From an uncultured Bacillota bacterium (GTDB lineage: Bacteria; Bacillota; DTU025; MWDF01): a stretch of 64,000 nt of DNA. Below the pieces are notes generated by a model. It saw only the letters and a list, made by a program, of their open reading frames with translations, had not been told where the DNA came from and made no database searches. The DNA lies in NCBI GenBank assembly GCA_963823655.1, contig CAWGMK010000006.1, forward strand, positions 320,001-384,000. Reading direction: 5' to 3'. Positions 43,548 through 52,822 of the stretch are shown one piece after another (the first letter of the stretch is position 1; each line of letters begins with the position of its first letter). Position numbers and translations under genes: made by a program.

Positions 43548-44772
43548 TCAGAACCGGGCCGTGACTTGCAACTGGAAGCGGCCGAAATCGTAATCCTGCA
43601 GGGCACGGTTCGAACACCGGCTCTGCATGTCGCCGCCGACAGTGACCGTGACGTTGCGGCGCGCGTTCCAGTCGAGGAACACGCCGCCGGACGCCAGCTC
43701 GTCCTTGCGGTCCGTGACCTGCTCGGTCGCCTGGAAGTCCCGTTGTTCGTACGCGGCACGAACGCGCAGGTCGAGCGCTCCGGAGAGCTGCCATTCCGGC
43801 TCGATGCTCACGCCGGTGACGAGTGCATATTCCGCCGTTTCGTCACCGAGGTTCGTGATGTCGCGGTAGACGCGTGCAGTGACTTTCCGGCCCGCGTCGT
43901 TATTGAACTTCAGGGCCACTTCGCCCGTCACGTCGTCGTAATCGGCGCGGAGTCTCGACAGGTTGTCGCGCTTGGTGTAGCCGATGCGGCCCTCGACCTG
44001 CGTGCGATCAGTCGGGCGCCAGTCCAGCGTCGGACCGACGGTCACCTCGTCGAAATCAGCGTTGGGGTTGATGTCGTAGCGACCTTGCACGAGCTCCGCG
44101 TCTAAGCCGATGACGCTGCCCGCCGTCGATGCGTAACCCACGTTGATTGCGGCCACTGCCCGCTGCAGGTCAAGCCGCTCCGAGGGATCGAATGCGATGT
44201 CCGCAAAGGCGCCGCGCACACCGAGGCGCCACGATCCCGGCAAGTCGAAGTTTGCTTCTGCCATCCACCCTGTGCTCCGTGCGCAAGTCCTTCACTCGCT
44301 CGAGGCCCGATTGATTGGCGAAGTCGCGCAGCGTGCGGCTGAAATGGTATCCGAGGGTGCCCGTCGTGCCCCCGCTGGTGGCCCAGTTCCACAAGGCGGC
44401 CGCACGACCGCCGGTGTAGTCGAGCTCGTCGTGGGCCTCGAACAGCGTGTGATTGACCTGCGCTCCCAATTCATAGCGCTGCAACCCGGAGGAGATTTCG
44501 GACTCGATGCCGGCGGCCAGCGTCAGCAGGTTGTCGGCGCGATCACCGATGTCCGGAGCATCGTCTGCGAGTCGGTAGATGTTCGAGTCGTACGTGTATC
44601 GGGCGGACACATAGGGCGTGAACGCATCGATTTCGATGTTGGTCGGTTCGTTCGGCAAGACTTGTCCTGCCGCGATGCCCGTGAAGCAGGCCGCGACCGC
44701 AGCGGCCAGCAGTCGGCTGCGCTTGGGCGAGGCAGGCCGCGTGCGCTTCGAGTCGATGATCGTGTGGCTCAC
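43548..44772 (-). CDS. EPS-associated outer membrane beta-barrel (EpsL/GumB-locus type), frameshift near 44265
   Basis: Signal peptide, YDSNIYR motif, alternating beta strands, C-terminal aromatic (TARF). Confidence 0.72.
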
Positions 44773-45082
44773 CGGGGTCCCTCCCGTAATGCGTCAACGC
44801 AGTCTGCGAATGCCATGGGCTGTCAGCGCTGCGCGACTGACCGCCGGGATAGTCAGCAAAGCGCAACGGGCAATCAAGTCGGCCGATTCCGACTTCGAAG
44901 TGGGCCCAACGGACGGGTGGATGCTCAATGTCCGCTGCGCTCGGAAACCGCTGACAGACAGCTTTCTACGGCGCTGACACGACCTCGCGTTGGAGTGGTG
45001 GCAATTGTGGTGGCTCACGGCTGCGACACGAACGTTCGGCTCGCTATCGTGCATGACGGAAATATCTTGCGTGGGAGCGGGC

Positions 45083-46159
45083 ATGCCCGGTGTGTTTCAG
45101 TTCATCGTTCTGTCACTGCTGCTGGGGGCAAGCGCCCCGGGCATGGCGCGCGACGCTCGCCCGTCGGTACCGTGTGCGCGACCCGCCGGCGCGGTGACCG
45201 AAGCGGCCCGCAAGTTCAACGCCGGCCATTACGTGGCCGTCGGCCGCGCCGAGACGCCGAGTCTCAAGGCGGCGGCCAGGACCCCAGGCATCGATGGCGT
45301 GCAGCGGCGCTACCGTTGGGCTCAACTCGAGCCGTCGCCGGGTGTCTACGACTTCGCGGCCATCAGTCGCGACCTGGAGGTGATGGCCAGTGCGGGAGTG
45401 CAGCTGGTCGCGATGATCGAGGACAAGACCTTCGATGGCACGATTCCCACGCCCGCCGACCTGCACGATGACGCGCAGACGCTGCAGGGACCGCGCGGGT
45501 ATGTTGCTACCCGCTGGGATCCGGTGGTCGTTGACCGTCTCGCGCGCCTGGTTAGCGCGCTCGGCGAGCAGTTCGACTGTCATCCGAACTTCGAGGGGGT
45601 GGCGTTCCAGGAAAGCGCGTTGAGCCTCGATCCCGCGACCCTGCGAGAGGCCGGATACACGCCGGAGAAGTATCGCGACGCACTGATCAGGCTGCTGCGC
45701 GCAGCCGACGCGAGCCTGCCGCGCTCGCGCGTGTTCTGGTACATGAATTTCCTGCCAGGCAATCAAGGCTATCTCGACGACATTGCCGCGGCCGTGCTTG
45801 GCACCGGCGTGGTCATGGGCGGCCCGGACATCCTGCCCGAGAATTCGGCGCTCGCGAGTCGCACCTATCCAATTTACGAACGCTTCCGGGGCCGGCTGAA
45901 GCTGTTCGGGTCGATGCAGCACGACAGCTATCGGCATCCGCGCGGAGCCCAGAAACTGGCAGCAGGCTTCGGACAGCCCGAACTGTGGTCGATGGAAGAG
46001 CTGTTTCTCTTCGCGCGCGACGAACTGCACGTCGATTACGTCTTCTGGGAATTCCGTTCCCGGCGGAAGCCTGCGGATTCTCGCGATTGGAACGAAGCGC
46101 GCGACGTCATCGTGCGCTATCCCGGGGTTCGCGCCGCGCAGCCCGGCGAGCGCTCTTGA
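45083..46159 (+). CDS. Secreted GH-like protein, paralog 4
   Basis: Signal peptide, RKFNAGHY, RYRWAQLEPSPGVYDF, MIEDK, EGVAFQES, GGPD, DYVFW; first gene of the export operon. Confidence 0.65.
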   Translation: MPGVFQFIVLSLLLGASAPGMARDARPSVPCARPAGAVTEAARKFNAGHYVAVGRAETPSLKAAARTPGIDGVQRRYRWAQLEPSPGVYDFAAISRDLEVMASAGVQLVAMIEDKTFDGTIPTPADLHDDAQTLQGPRGYVATRWDPVVVDRLARLVSALGEQFDCHPNFEGVAFQESALSLDPATLREAGYTPEKYRDALIRLLRAADASLPRSRVFWYMNFLPGNQGYLDDIAAAVLGTGVVMGGPDILPENSALASRTYPIYERFRGRLKLFGSMQHDSYRHPRGAQKLAAGFGQPELWSMEELFLFARDELHVDYVFWEFRSRRKPADSRDWNEARDVIVRYPGVRAAQPGERS

Positions 46160-46185
46160 CGCGCAACGACAAGGAGCAAGCAAAG

Positions 46186-47022
46186 GTGATAAAGCGCAAC
46201 GACACGATGTGGGTGTGGACTTTGGGTCTGGCTCTGACGCTGTTCGCAGCGCTCGGGGCGCGCGACGCGTACGCGCAGGCCTCGGCGACGATCGAGCCCG
46301 GGGATGTCCTGAAGATATCTGTCTATGGCAATCCCGACCTGACCACGGTGACGCGAGTGTTGCCGAACGGCACGGTCACGTTTCCGCTGATCGGGCAGGT
46401 CAAGGTGGGCGGCCAGGCGCCCGTTGATGCGGAGCGGCGCATCGCAGACCGCCTGAGCAACGGCGGCTTCGTGCGTAACGCGGCAGTCAGCATTTTCGTA
46501 CAGGAGCGCAGCACGAAGCCGATGAGCAGCGTGACGTTGCTTGGGCAGGTGCTGCGGTCGGGAACCTATTCGCTCGATCAGGAGTCCCCAGAATCGGTGA
46601 CGACGTTGATTGCGCTGCTCGCACAGGCCGGCGGCGTGACCGACCGTGCGGCGGACCACTGCTACCTGATCCGCAAGGAAGGCGGCCAGGCGCGCAGGAT
46701 CAACGTGGATCTTGCGAACCTGCTCCGCTATGGCGACGTCAAGGCGGACGTGCCGCTCATCAACGGCGACATCGTGCTGGTGCCGGAGACGGACGTCTTC
46801 TACATCTATGGCGAGGTGCAGCGTCCGGGCCGTTACCGCCTCGAGCGCGACATGACGGTGATGCACGCGGTGTCGGTGGCAAGTGGGATCACGCCCCGGG
46901 GCAACCTGAAGGGCATCGTCCTGAGCCGGCCGCAGACGGGTCGCATGGTCGCGAAGGATTCGTTCCTCGAGGACAAGCTGCTGCCGAACGATGTCGTGTT
47001 CGTCAAGACGGCCGTTTTCTAA
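46186..47022 (+). CDS. Polysaccharide export protein (Wza/EpsE-like, Poly_export + SLBB)
   Basis: GDVLKISVYG.PDL, G.V.FPLIG.V, two SLBB units (GQV.RSG.Y; GEVQRPGRY). Confidence 0.88.
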   Translation: MIKRNDTMWVWTLGLALTLFAALGARDAYAQASATIEPGDVLKISVYGNPDLTTVTRVLPNGTVTFPLIGQVKVGGQAPVDAERRIADRLSNGGFVRNAAVSIFVQERSTKPMSSVTLLGQVLRSGTYSLDQESPESVTTLIALLAQAGGVTDRAADHCYLIRKEGGQARRINVDLANLLRYGDVKADVPLINGDIVLVPETDVFYIYGEVQRPGRYRLERDMTVMHAVSVASGITPRGNLKGIVLSRPQTGRMVAKDSFLEDKLLPNDVVFVKTAVF

Positions 47023-47057
47023 AGGCTGCCCGAGACATCATTCAAGGAAGAGAACAC

Positions 47058-48188
47058 ATGAGCGTCGGACAGTTTCTGCACATTTTAAAGGCGCGGTTCC
47101 TGCTGATCTTGCTGACGATGATCGTCACGGTGGTCGTTGCAGCCGCATACAGCCTGCAGCAGCCGAATCGGTACCAGGCGACCACGTTCCTGGTGCTCAA
47201 TTTCGACGGCGGCAGTCCGTTCGAAAGCGCGGCACTGCCGGCACAGCTTTCGTCGACGTACCTCGCGACACAGATGGACATCATCCGCAGCCAGAAAGTC
47301 GCGCTGGCGGTCGTCAATCGGCTGCGGCTGCACGAGGAGGCAGGCTGGAAAGCGGCGTATGCCGAATCGGCAAGAGCCATTCCGATCCGGCCTTGGATCG
47401 CCAGCCAGATCATGGAGAACGTGGAGGTCGAGCCGCTGCAGAACAGTCGCGTCGTGAGCCTCAGCTACGAGGCCCTCGAGCCGGCCGAATCTGCGCGACT
47501 CGCAAATGCCTACGCGCACGGGTACATCGCGACCACGCTCGAACTGATGCGGGGTCCGGCGCAGCGCAACGCAGCATGGTTCGACCGACAGGTAAAGGCG
47601 CTGCGCGAGCGACTGGAGACGGCGCGTGGCCGGATGTCCGAACTGCAGGAGGAGAAGGGAATCGTCGCGTTGGAGGAACGGCTGAGTGCGGAAACCGCAC
47701 GGCTCGACGACATCTCCCGGAACCTCGTTCAGGCGCAGATGGAAGTCTCGGCGGCACGTGCCAGGCAGCTCGGCCAGAACCATCCCGAATACCAGGCGGC
47801 GCTGCAGCGGGAGCGAGCGTTGCTCGGCGCGATGGACGTGCAGAAGCGCAACATCCAGCAACTGCAGAGCCGTCGCGACGAAATCGACACGATGGCGCGT
47901 GAGGTCGAGTCCGAGCAGAAGAATTATGACGCGACGCTGCAGAGCTACCTGCAGACCGCGATGCAGAGCCAGTTCAACCAGACCAACATCGCCATCCTGA
48001 GCCCCGCGCTCCCGCCCGCCGAGCCGTCCAGCCCCAACCTTCCGCTCAATCTCGTGAGCGCCGCGCTCCTGGGACTGTTTCTGGGTGGGCTGGCAGCGGC
48101 CGTAGCAGAGTTGATGAATCCGCGCGTCCAGGAGGAGCCACCCCGGACTCGACCGCGGTATGCGCGTGAGCCGATGCTGGAGGCCTGA
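47058..48188 (+). CDS. Polysaccharide co-polymerase / chain length determinant (EpsF/GumC-like)
   Basis: Two terminal TMs, YLATQ.DII.S, coiled coil, LG.NHP.Y, P..PSSP; no fused kinase domain. Confidence 0.85.
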   Translation: MSVGQFLHILKARFLLILLTMIVTVVVAAAYSLQQPNRYQATTFLVLNFDGGSPFESAALPAQLSSTYLATQMDIIRSQKVALAVVNRLRLHEEAGWKAAYAESARAIPIRPWIASQIMENVEVEPLQNSRVVSLSYEALEPAESARLANAYAHGYIATTLELMRGPAQRNAAWFDRQVKALRERLETARGRMSELQEEKGIVALEERLSAETARLDDISRNLVQAQMEVSAARARQLGQNHPEYQAALQRERALLGAMDVQKRNIQQLQSRRDEIDTMAREVESEQKNYDATLQSYLQTAMQSQFNQTNIAILSPALPPAEPSSPNLPLNLVSAALLGLFLGGLAAAVAELMNPRVQEEPPRTRPRYAREPMLEA

Positions 48189-48215
48189 CAGACAGGCGAT
48201 GCGGACCAGACAGGG

Positions 48216-49304
48216 ATGTCAGTGGAAAAGCGCAAGTTCATCTTCATCACGGGCGCCTCGCGCTCCGGTACGACCCTGCTCAGCTTCATGCTGCGTCGGC
48301 ATCCGGCCGTCTTCGGCCTGAAAGAGCTGCAGTTCTTTGGGAATGCCTGGGATCCCTGTGACACGGACCGGCGCTTCACTCGGAGCGAGGCCGTGGACGC
48401 AGTCGCGACCATGCTGGCCTACCAGGAGCACGGCGTGGTCCATGAGATTCCGCACCGGCATCGGCGCGATGCCGAGCGTTTCGTCGGCGCCCTGCCCGAC
48501 GGCGGCGCGGACCCGGCGTGCCTCTTTGCCACGCTGGCGCACGGCTTCGCACAGGCAGCGGGCAAGCCGATTCCGTGCGAGCAGACGCCGCGCTACATCT
48601 TTTACGCCCGCGCCTTGCTGGAAATTTACCCGGACGCCCGGATCGTGCACCTGGTGCGCGATCCGCGTGCCGTGATGGCGTCGCAGAAGATGCGTTGGCG
48701 GCGCCGGCAGCTGGCGCCCGCCGGGGCGCGCGTATCGCTTTACGACTCGTTGCGAGTCTGGGTGAATTACCACCCGTATACCGTCGCTCGATTGTGGTCG
48801 CGTGCAACGGCAGCCGCGCTCGCGCTGATCGAGCATCCGCGCGTCACGCTCCTGCGCTTCGAGGACTTGCTGCGAGAGCCGGATGCGACCGTGCGTCAGC
48901 TGTGCGCCCGGCTCGAGATCGAGTACGACGCGCACATGCTCGAGGTAGGGCAGGTCAACTCATCGCACCAGTCGACGGCAGCCGGCGGGCGCAAGGGCCT
49001 GCGAGTCGAAGCGATCGACAAATGGCGCGACGTCCTGACGCGCACTGAGGTTCACATCATGGACCGCTCCTGCGCCGAGCTGATGCAGCACTTCGGTTAC
49101 GAGCCGTTGGTGCAGGGTGCGGTGCCGCTGTGGGGCAAGGCCGGATACGGCATCAGCTATCTCGCGCACCTGGGCGGCGTGCTGCTGGTCAATCCTAGTC
49201 GCGCCTACGTGCAGGGCCGCGCGCTGATGAGTTCGGGGCACAGGTCCGGGGCTGCGAGTCGCGCGGCGCGTGACGCGGCCGCCCGCGGGCAGATCGTCGA
49301 GTAG
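48216..49304 (+). CDS. Sulfotransferase 1
   Basis: 5'-PSB GASRSGTT; 3'-PB RDPRAVMAS; RFEDL. Confidence 0.85.
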   Translation: MSVEKRKFIFITGASRSGTTLLSFMLRRHPAVFGLKELQFFGNAWDPCDTDRRFTRSEAVDAVATMLAYQEHGVVHEIPHRHRRDAERFVGALPDGGADPACLFATLAHGFAQAAGKPIPCEQTPRYIFYARALLEIYPDARIVHLVRDPRAVMASQKMRWRRRQLAPAGARVSLYDSLRVWVNYHPYTVARLWSRATAAALALIEHPRVTLLRFEDLLREPDATVRQLCARLEIEYDAHMLEVGQVNSSHQSTAAGGRKGLRVEAIDKWRDVLTRTEVHIMDRSCAELMQHFGYEPLVQGAVPLWGKAGYGISYLAHLGGVLLVNPSRAYVQGRALMSSGHRSGAASRAARDAAARGQIVE

Positions 49305-49309
49305 ATGCG

Positions 49310-50086
49310 ATGAACCGACCCACTGACCTGCAGGAACTCTTCGGCTTGCGTTTCTGGGATGCAGACCTGGAGACCGTCGCCCGGTTCCTGGTGCAGCGGG
49401 CCGCGGCGAACGAGCGGTTCCAAGGCTTCTTCGTCAACGCCCACTGCATCAACGTGGCCGCGCGCGACGAAGACTACGCGCGGCTGCTATCGGAGGCGCC
49501 TTTCCTGTTCGCCGACGGCGTGGGGATGGCGCTGGCCGCCCGCATGCATGGGAAGCGACTGGTCCACAACGTCAACGGAACGGACCTGTTTCCGCGCCTG
49601 TGCGCGGCGGCCGCTGCGGCGGGCGTGTCCATCGCGCTGCTGGGGGCCCAACCCGGCATCGCCGAGCTGTGCGCCAGCAGGATGCAGTTGGCCGAACCCG
49701 GTTTGCGCGTAGCCTGGACCGGGCACGGCTTTCACACGGCGGGTGCCGAGGCGCTGCAGTTGCGTCGTCTGAACGAATCCGGCGCTCGAATCCTGCTGAT
49801 CGCCAAGGGCGTTCCAGCCCAGGAGCACTGGATCGTGCAGCATGCCGACCAGGTCGTCGCGCCCGTCATGCTCGGTGTCGGTGCGCTGTTCGACTTCTAC
49901 TCGGGTGCGATACCCCGTGCGCCCCGCATGGTGCGTCGCGTGCAGGCAGAGTGGGTGTACAGGCTCTTGCACGAGCCGCGCCGCCTGTCGCGCCGCTACC
50001 TGCTGGGCAATCCCGCGTTCATCTGTCGCACCGTGTCGTGGCGGGCGTCGGGGCGACGGATCGGCGCGCCCGGGAGCGGACGATGA
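49310..50086 (+). CDS. WecB/TagA/CpsF family glycosyltransferase (GT26)
   Basis: ADGVG, VNGTDLF, GVPAQE, GVGALFDF, EWVYRL..EPRRL..RY motifs. Confidence 0.9.
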   Translation: MNRPTDLQELFGLRFWDADLETVARFLVQRAAANERFQGFFVNAHCINVAARDEDYARLLSEAPFLFADGVGMALAARMHGKRLVHNVNGTDLFPRLCAAAAAAGVSIALLGAQPGIAELCASRMQLAEPGLRVAWTGHGFHTAGAEALQLRRLNESGARILLIAKGVPAQEHWIVQHADQVVAPVMLGVGALFDFYSGAIPRAPRMVRRVQAEWVYRLLHEPRRLSRRYLLGNPAFICRTVSWRASGRRIGAPGSGR

Positions 50087-51027
50087 ACCGCCGCAGTCGA
50101 CTGCCGGATTTCATCATCGGCGGCACCGAAAAAGCGGGCACGACTTCGGTGTTCGATTGGCTCGCCACGCATCCCGCAGGTAGGCACGTCGTCGGCACAA
50201 GGAAACCGACTTTTTCAGCGGAACACTTCACGGGCGACCTGGCGCTCGATGCCCGGCGTTATGCGGCGTGCTTCGATCCGCGCACGTCGCGGGCGCAGGT
50301 GCTGATGGAAGCCTCTCCCGGCTACCTGGGCGAGGCGCGCGTGGTGGCGCCGCGGATGGCCGAACTGGTGCCGAACGTGCGGTTGCTGTTCATCCTGCGC
50401 GATCCCGTGGTGCGCTTTCAGTCGTCGTACGAGTTCCATCGCGGGCGTCTGAATCTGCCGCGCGAGATGAGTCTCGCCGATTACCTTGAGCGCTGCCTCG
50501 CGTTCGATCGAGGGCAGGCCAGCGCGCAGCAACTGGGGCTCGACGAGTGGTACCTCAAGGTCCTGCGCTTCGGCTGCTACGCCGAATTGATCGACGTATA
50601 TCGCGCGGCGCTCCCCGCAGCGGAAATCCAGCTCATGTTCTTCGAGGACCTGCGCGAGGATCCGCGCGGGTTCATGACCGAGCTCAGCGCGTTTCTTCGC
50701 ATCGACGCCGGGCATTGGTCGGCGTTCCGCTTTCGACCGAGCAATGCGACGTTCGCGGGACGCAACGAATGGCTGCATCGACTGGCATTGCGCACCAATG
50801 CCGCACTGGAGCCATTGTTGCGACGAACGCCGCTGGTGAAGCGTTCGGTCCTGAGCGTGTACAAGGCGGTGAACCAATCGACCGCCGGGCACGGACCGTT
50901 GTCGGCCGAGGTGCGCAGCCAGCTCGAAGACTATTACCGACCCTCGTTGCAGGCGCTGCGTCGGCAATTGGCGCGCGACTTGCCTGAGGCATGGCTGCGT
51001 CGGCATGCCGGGCGGATGGCCGCATGA
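50083..51027 (+). CDS. Sulfotransferase 2 (heparan-sulfate ST-like motifs)
   Basis: LPDFIIGGTEKAGTTS, EASPGY, LRDPV.RF.S; a short compensated frameshift is likely near 50180-50220. Confidence 0.85.
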   Translation: MNRRSRLPDFIIGGTEKAGTTSVFDWLATHPAGRHVVGTRKPTFSAEHFTGDLALDARRYAACFDPRTSRAQVLMEASPGYLGEARVVAPRMAELVPNVRLLFILRDPVVRFQSSYEFHRGRLNLPREMSLADYLERCLAFDRGQASAQQLGLDEWYLKVLRFGCYAELIDVYRAALPAAEIQLMFFEDLREDPRGFMTELSAFLRIDAGHWSAFRFRPSNATFAGRNEWLHRLALRTNAALEPLLRRTPLVKRSVLSVYKAVNQSTAGHGPLSAEVRSQLEDYYRPSLQALRRQLARDLPEAWLRRHAGRMAA

Positions 51028-51947
51028 ACGCGCTGCGTGGTTCGCCGCCCGCGATGCGACACCTCGAACGTGGCGTTCCTGGTGGGCGCGGGGCGTTCCG
51101 GCACGACGCTGCTGTACAAGCTGCTGTGCCTTCACCCGCGGGTGGCCTACATCAGTAACTTCGAGAACCGTTGGGCCCGGTTCCCCCAGGACTTGCCGCG
51201 CGGCTGGTGGCGTCAGGATTCCGGCCAAGCGCGCGACCTGGTTCCGGCAGGGCGGCAACGCCTATTTCATCAAGCGACCCTTGCTGAAGAAAGCCTTCCC
51301 CACGCCGCACGAGGGCGAGGCGATCTTTGCCCGCTGCGGACTGCCGCTGACACCTGGAGCCGGAAGAAGTGCCCACGCTCGAGACGGCGCGCCGCCTGCG
51401 GCGCAACTTTGAGCGCATGCGCCGCGGCGCCGGCGCGCAGGTCATGCTGTGCAAGCGCACGGCGAACAACCGCCGGATCCGGCAGCTCGATGCCATCTTT
51501 CCTGCGGCCCGCTATGTGCACATCGTGCGCGACGGCCGCGAAGTGACGCAGTCGCTCGCCACCGTGGAGTGGTGGGACGAGCACACGGTCTGGTGGGATG
51601 GGCGCAAGGCGCGCGAGATAGAGCAGGCGGGCGAAGACCGACTGGCGCTCTGCGCACGCAACTGGGTGCGGGAAGTGCAGGAACTCGAGCGCCAGCTCGA
51701 CCGCATTCCAGCCGAGCGGCGGCTGGACCTGCGCTTCGAGCAATTGCTGGACGATCCGCTGGGGCAACTCGAGCGCATCGTGCGCTTCCTCGGGCTGGAA
51801 TGGCTGCCTTCGTACCGGGACGCGATCGAATCGTTGCGCCTGCGACCCGTCGACTCGCCGTGGCGGCGCGCCTGGACGGCGGACCAGCTCGCGAAGGTCT
51901 TGCAAGAGGCGCGACCCACGCTGAGCGCGCTGGGGTACGCCGCATGA
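51024..51947 (+). CDS. Sulfotransferase 3, frameshifted
   Basis: GAGRSGTT, HIVRDGR.V..S and RFEQL motifs spread over three frames. Confidence 0.8.
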
Positions 51948-52822
51948 GCTTTCTCATGAACAGCGTTCGCCCCGATCGTCCCACTTACGTGGGAGTGGGC
52001 GCGCAGAAGTGCGCCTCGACGTGGCTGCACCGCATCCTCGCGCCAGCACCCGCAAGTCGCGGTTCCGGCGTGAAAGAAGTGGACTTCTTTTCCTATCGCT
52101 ACGATCGCGGCTACCAGTGGTACGAAAGCTGCTTCCCGCCGCGGCAGGAGCAGCATCGAGCGTCCGGCGAGATTTCGCCATCGTACTTCTGCGACCCGTG
52201 CGTGCCCGAGCGCGTCGCCCGTTACGCACCCGAGGCTCGCATCATCCTTTCGCTGCGCGACCCCGTGGAACGCGCGCTGTCGAACCATCGGCACGAGGTC
52301 CGGGCGGGGCACCTGACGGGCAGCGATCTCAGCTTCGAACGCGGCCTCGCCAACAATCCGATGTACGTGGAGCAGGGTCTCTACGCAAAGCACTTGCGCG
52401 GGTGGTTGCGATACTTTTCGCAGGAGCAGGTGCTGGTCGTCCTCATGGACGACGTGGCAGCAGATCCCGCGTCCGTCACCCGTCGCGTTTATCGCTTCCT
52501 CGGCATCGACGAGTCGTTCGAGCCTGAGGAAATGCGGGGCCGTTTCAACCGCAGTTATGCGACTCGCTCGCAATCAGTGGCGGAGCTCAAGGACAGCGTC
52601 TACACGCTGAGCCGCACCCTGGGCCTGCGCTGGGCGTGGCAGCTCGCGGCGGTGCTGGGCGCGCGAGCGCTGTATCGCGGCATCAATACGACGCCGAGCG
52701 AGGCGGTGATTCCACCGCCGAAAGCGGAAACCATCGCCGAGCTGCGGCGCACATTCGAGCCAGACCTGGTCGAACTCGAGGCGTTGTTGGGCAGGCCGCT
52801 CGCATCATGGCGGGTTCATTGA
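51944..52822 (+). CDS. Sulfotransferase 4 (heparan-sulfate ST-like motifs)
   Basis: GVGAQKCAST, KEVDFF, GEISPSY, LRDPVERALS. Confidence 0.87.
   Translation: MSFLMNSVRPDRPTYVGVGAQKCASTWLHRILAPAPASRGSGVKEVDFFSYRYDRGYQWYESCFPPRQEQHRASGEISPSYFCDPCVPERVARYAPEARIILSLRDPVERALSNHRHEVRAGHLTGSDLSFERGLANNPMYVEQGLYAKHLRGWLRYFSQEQVLVVLMDDVAADPASVTRRVYRFLGIDESFEPEEMRGRFNRSYATRSQSVAELKDSVYTLSRTLGLRWAWQLAAVLGARALYRGINTTPSEAVIPPPKAETIAELRRTFEPDLVELEALLGRPLASWRVH

Noticed and set aside
43471-44800. GCGTCAACGC repeated upstream of two EPS-locus genes
   Set aside because: Only two short copies at inconsistent distances from the start codons in GC-rich DNA; compatible with chance.
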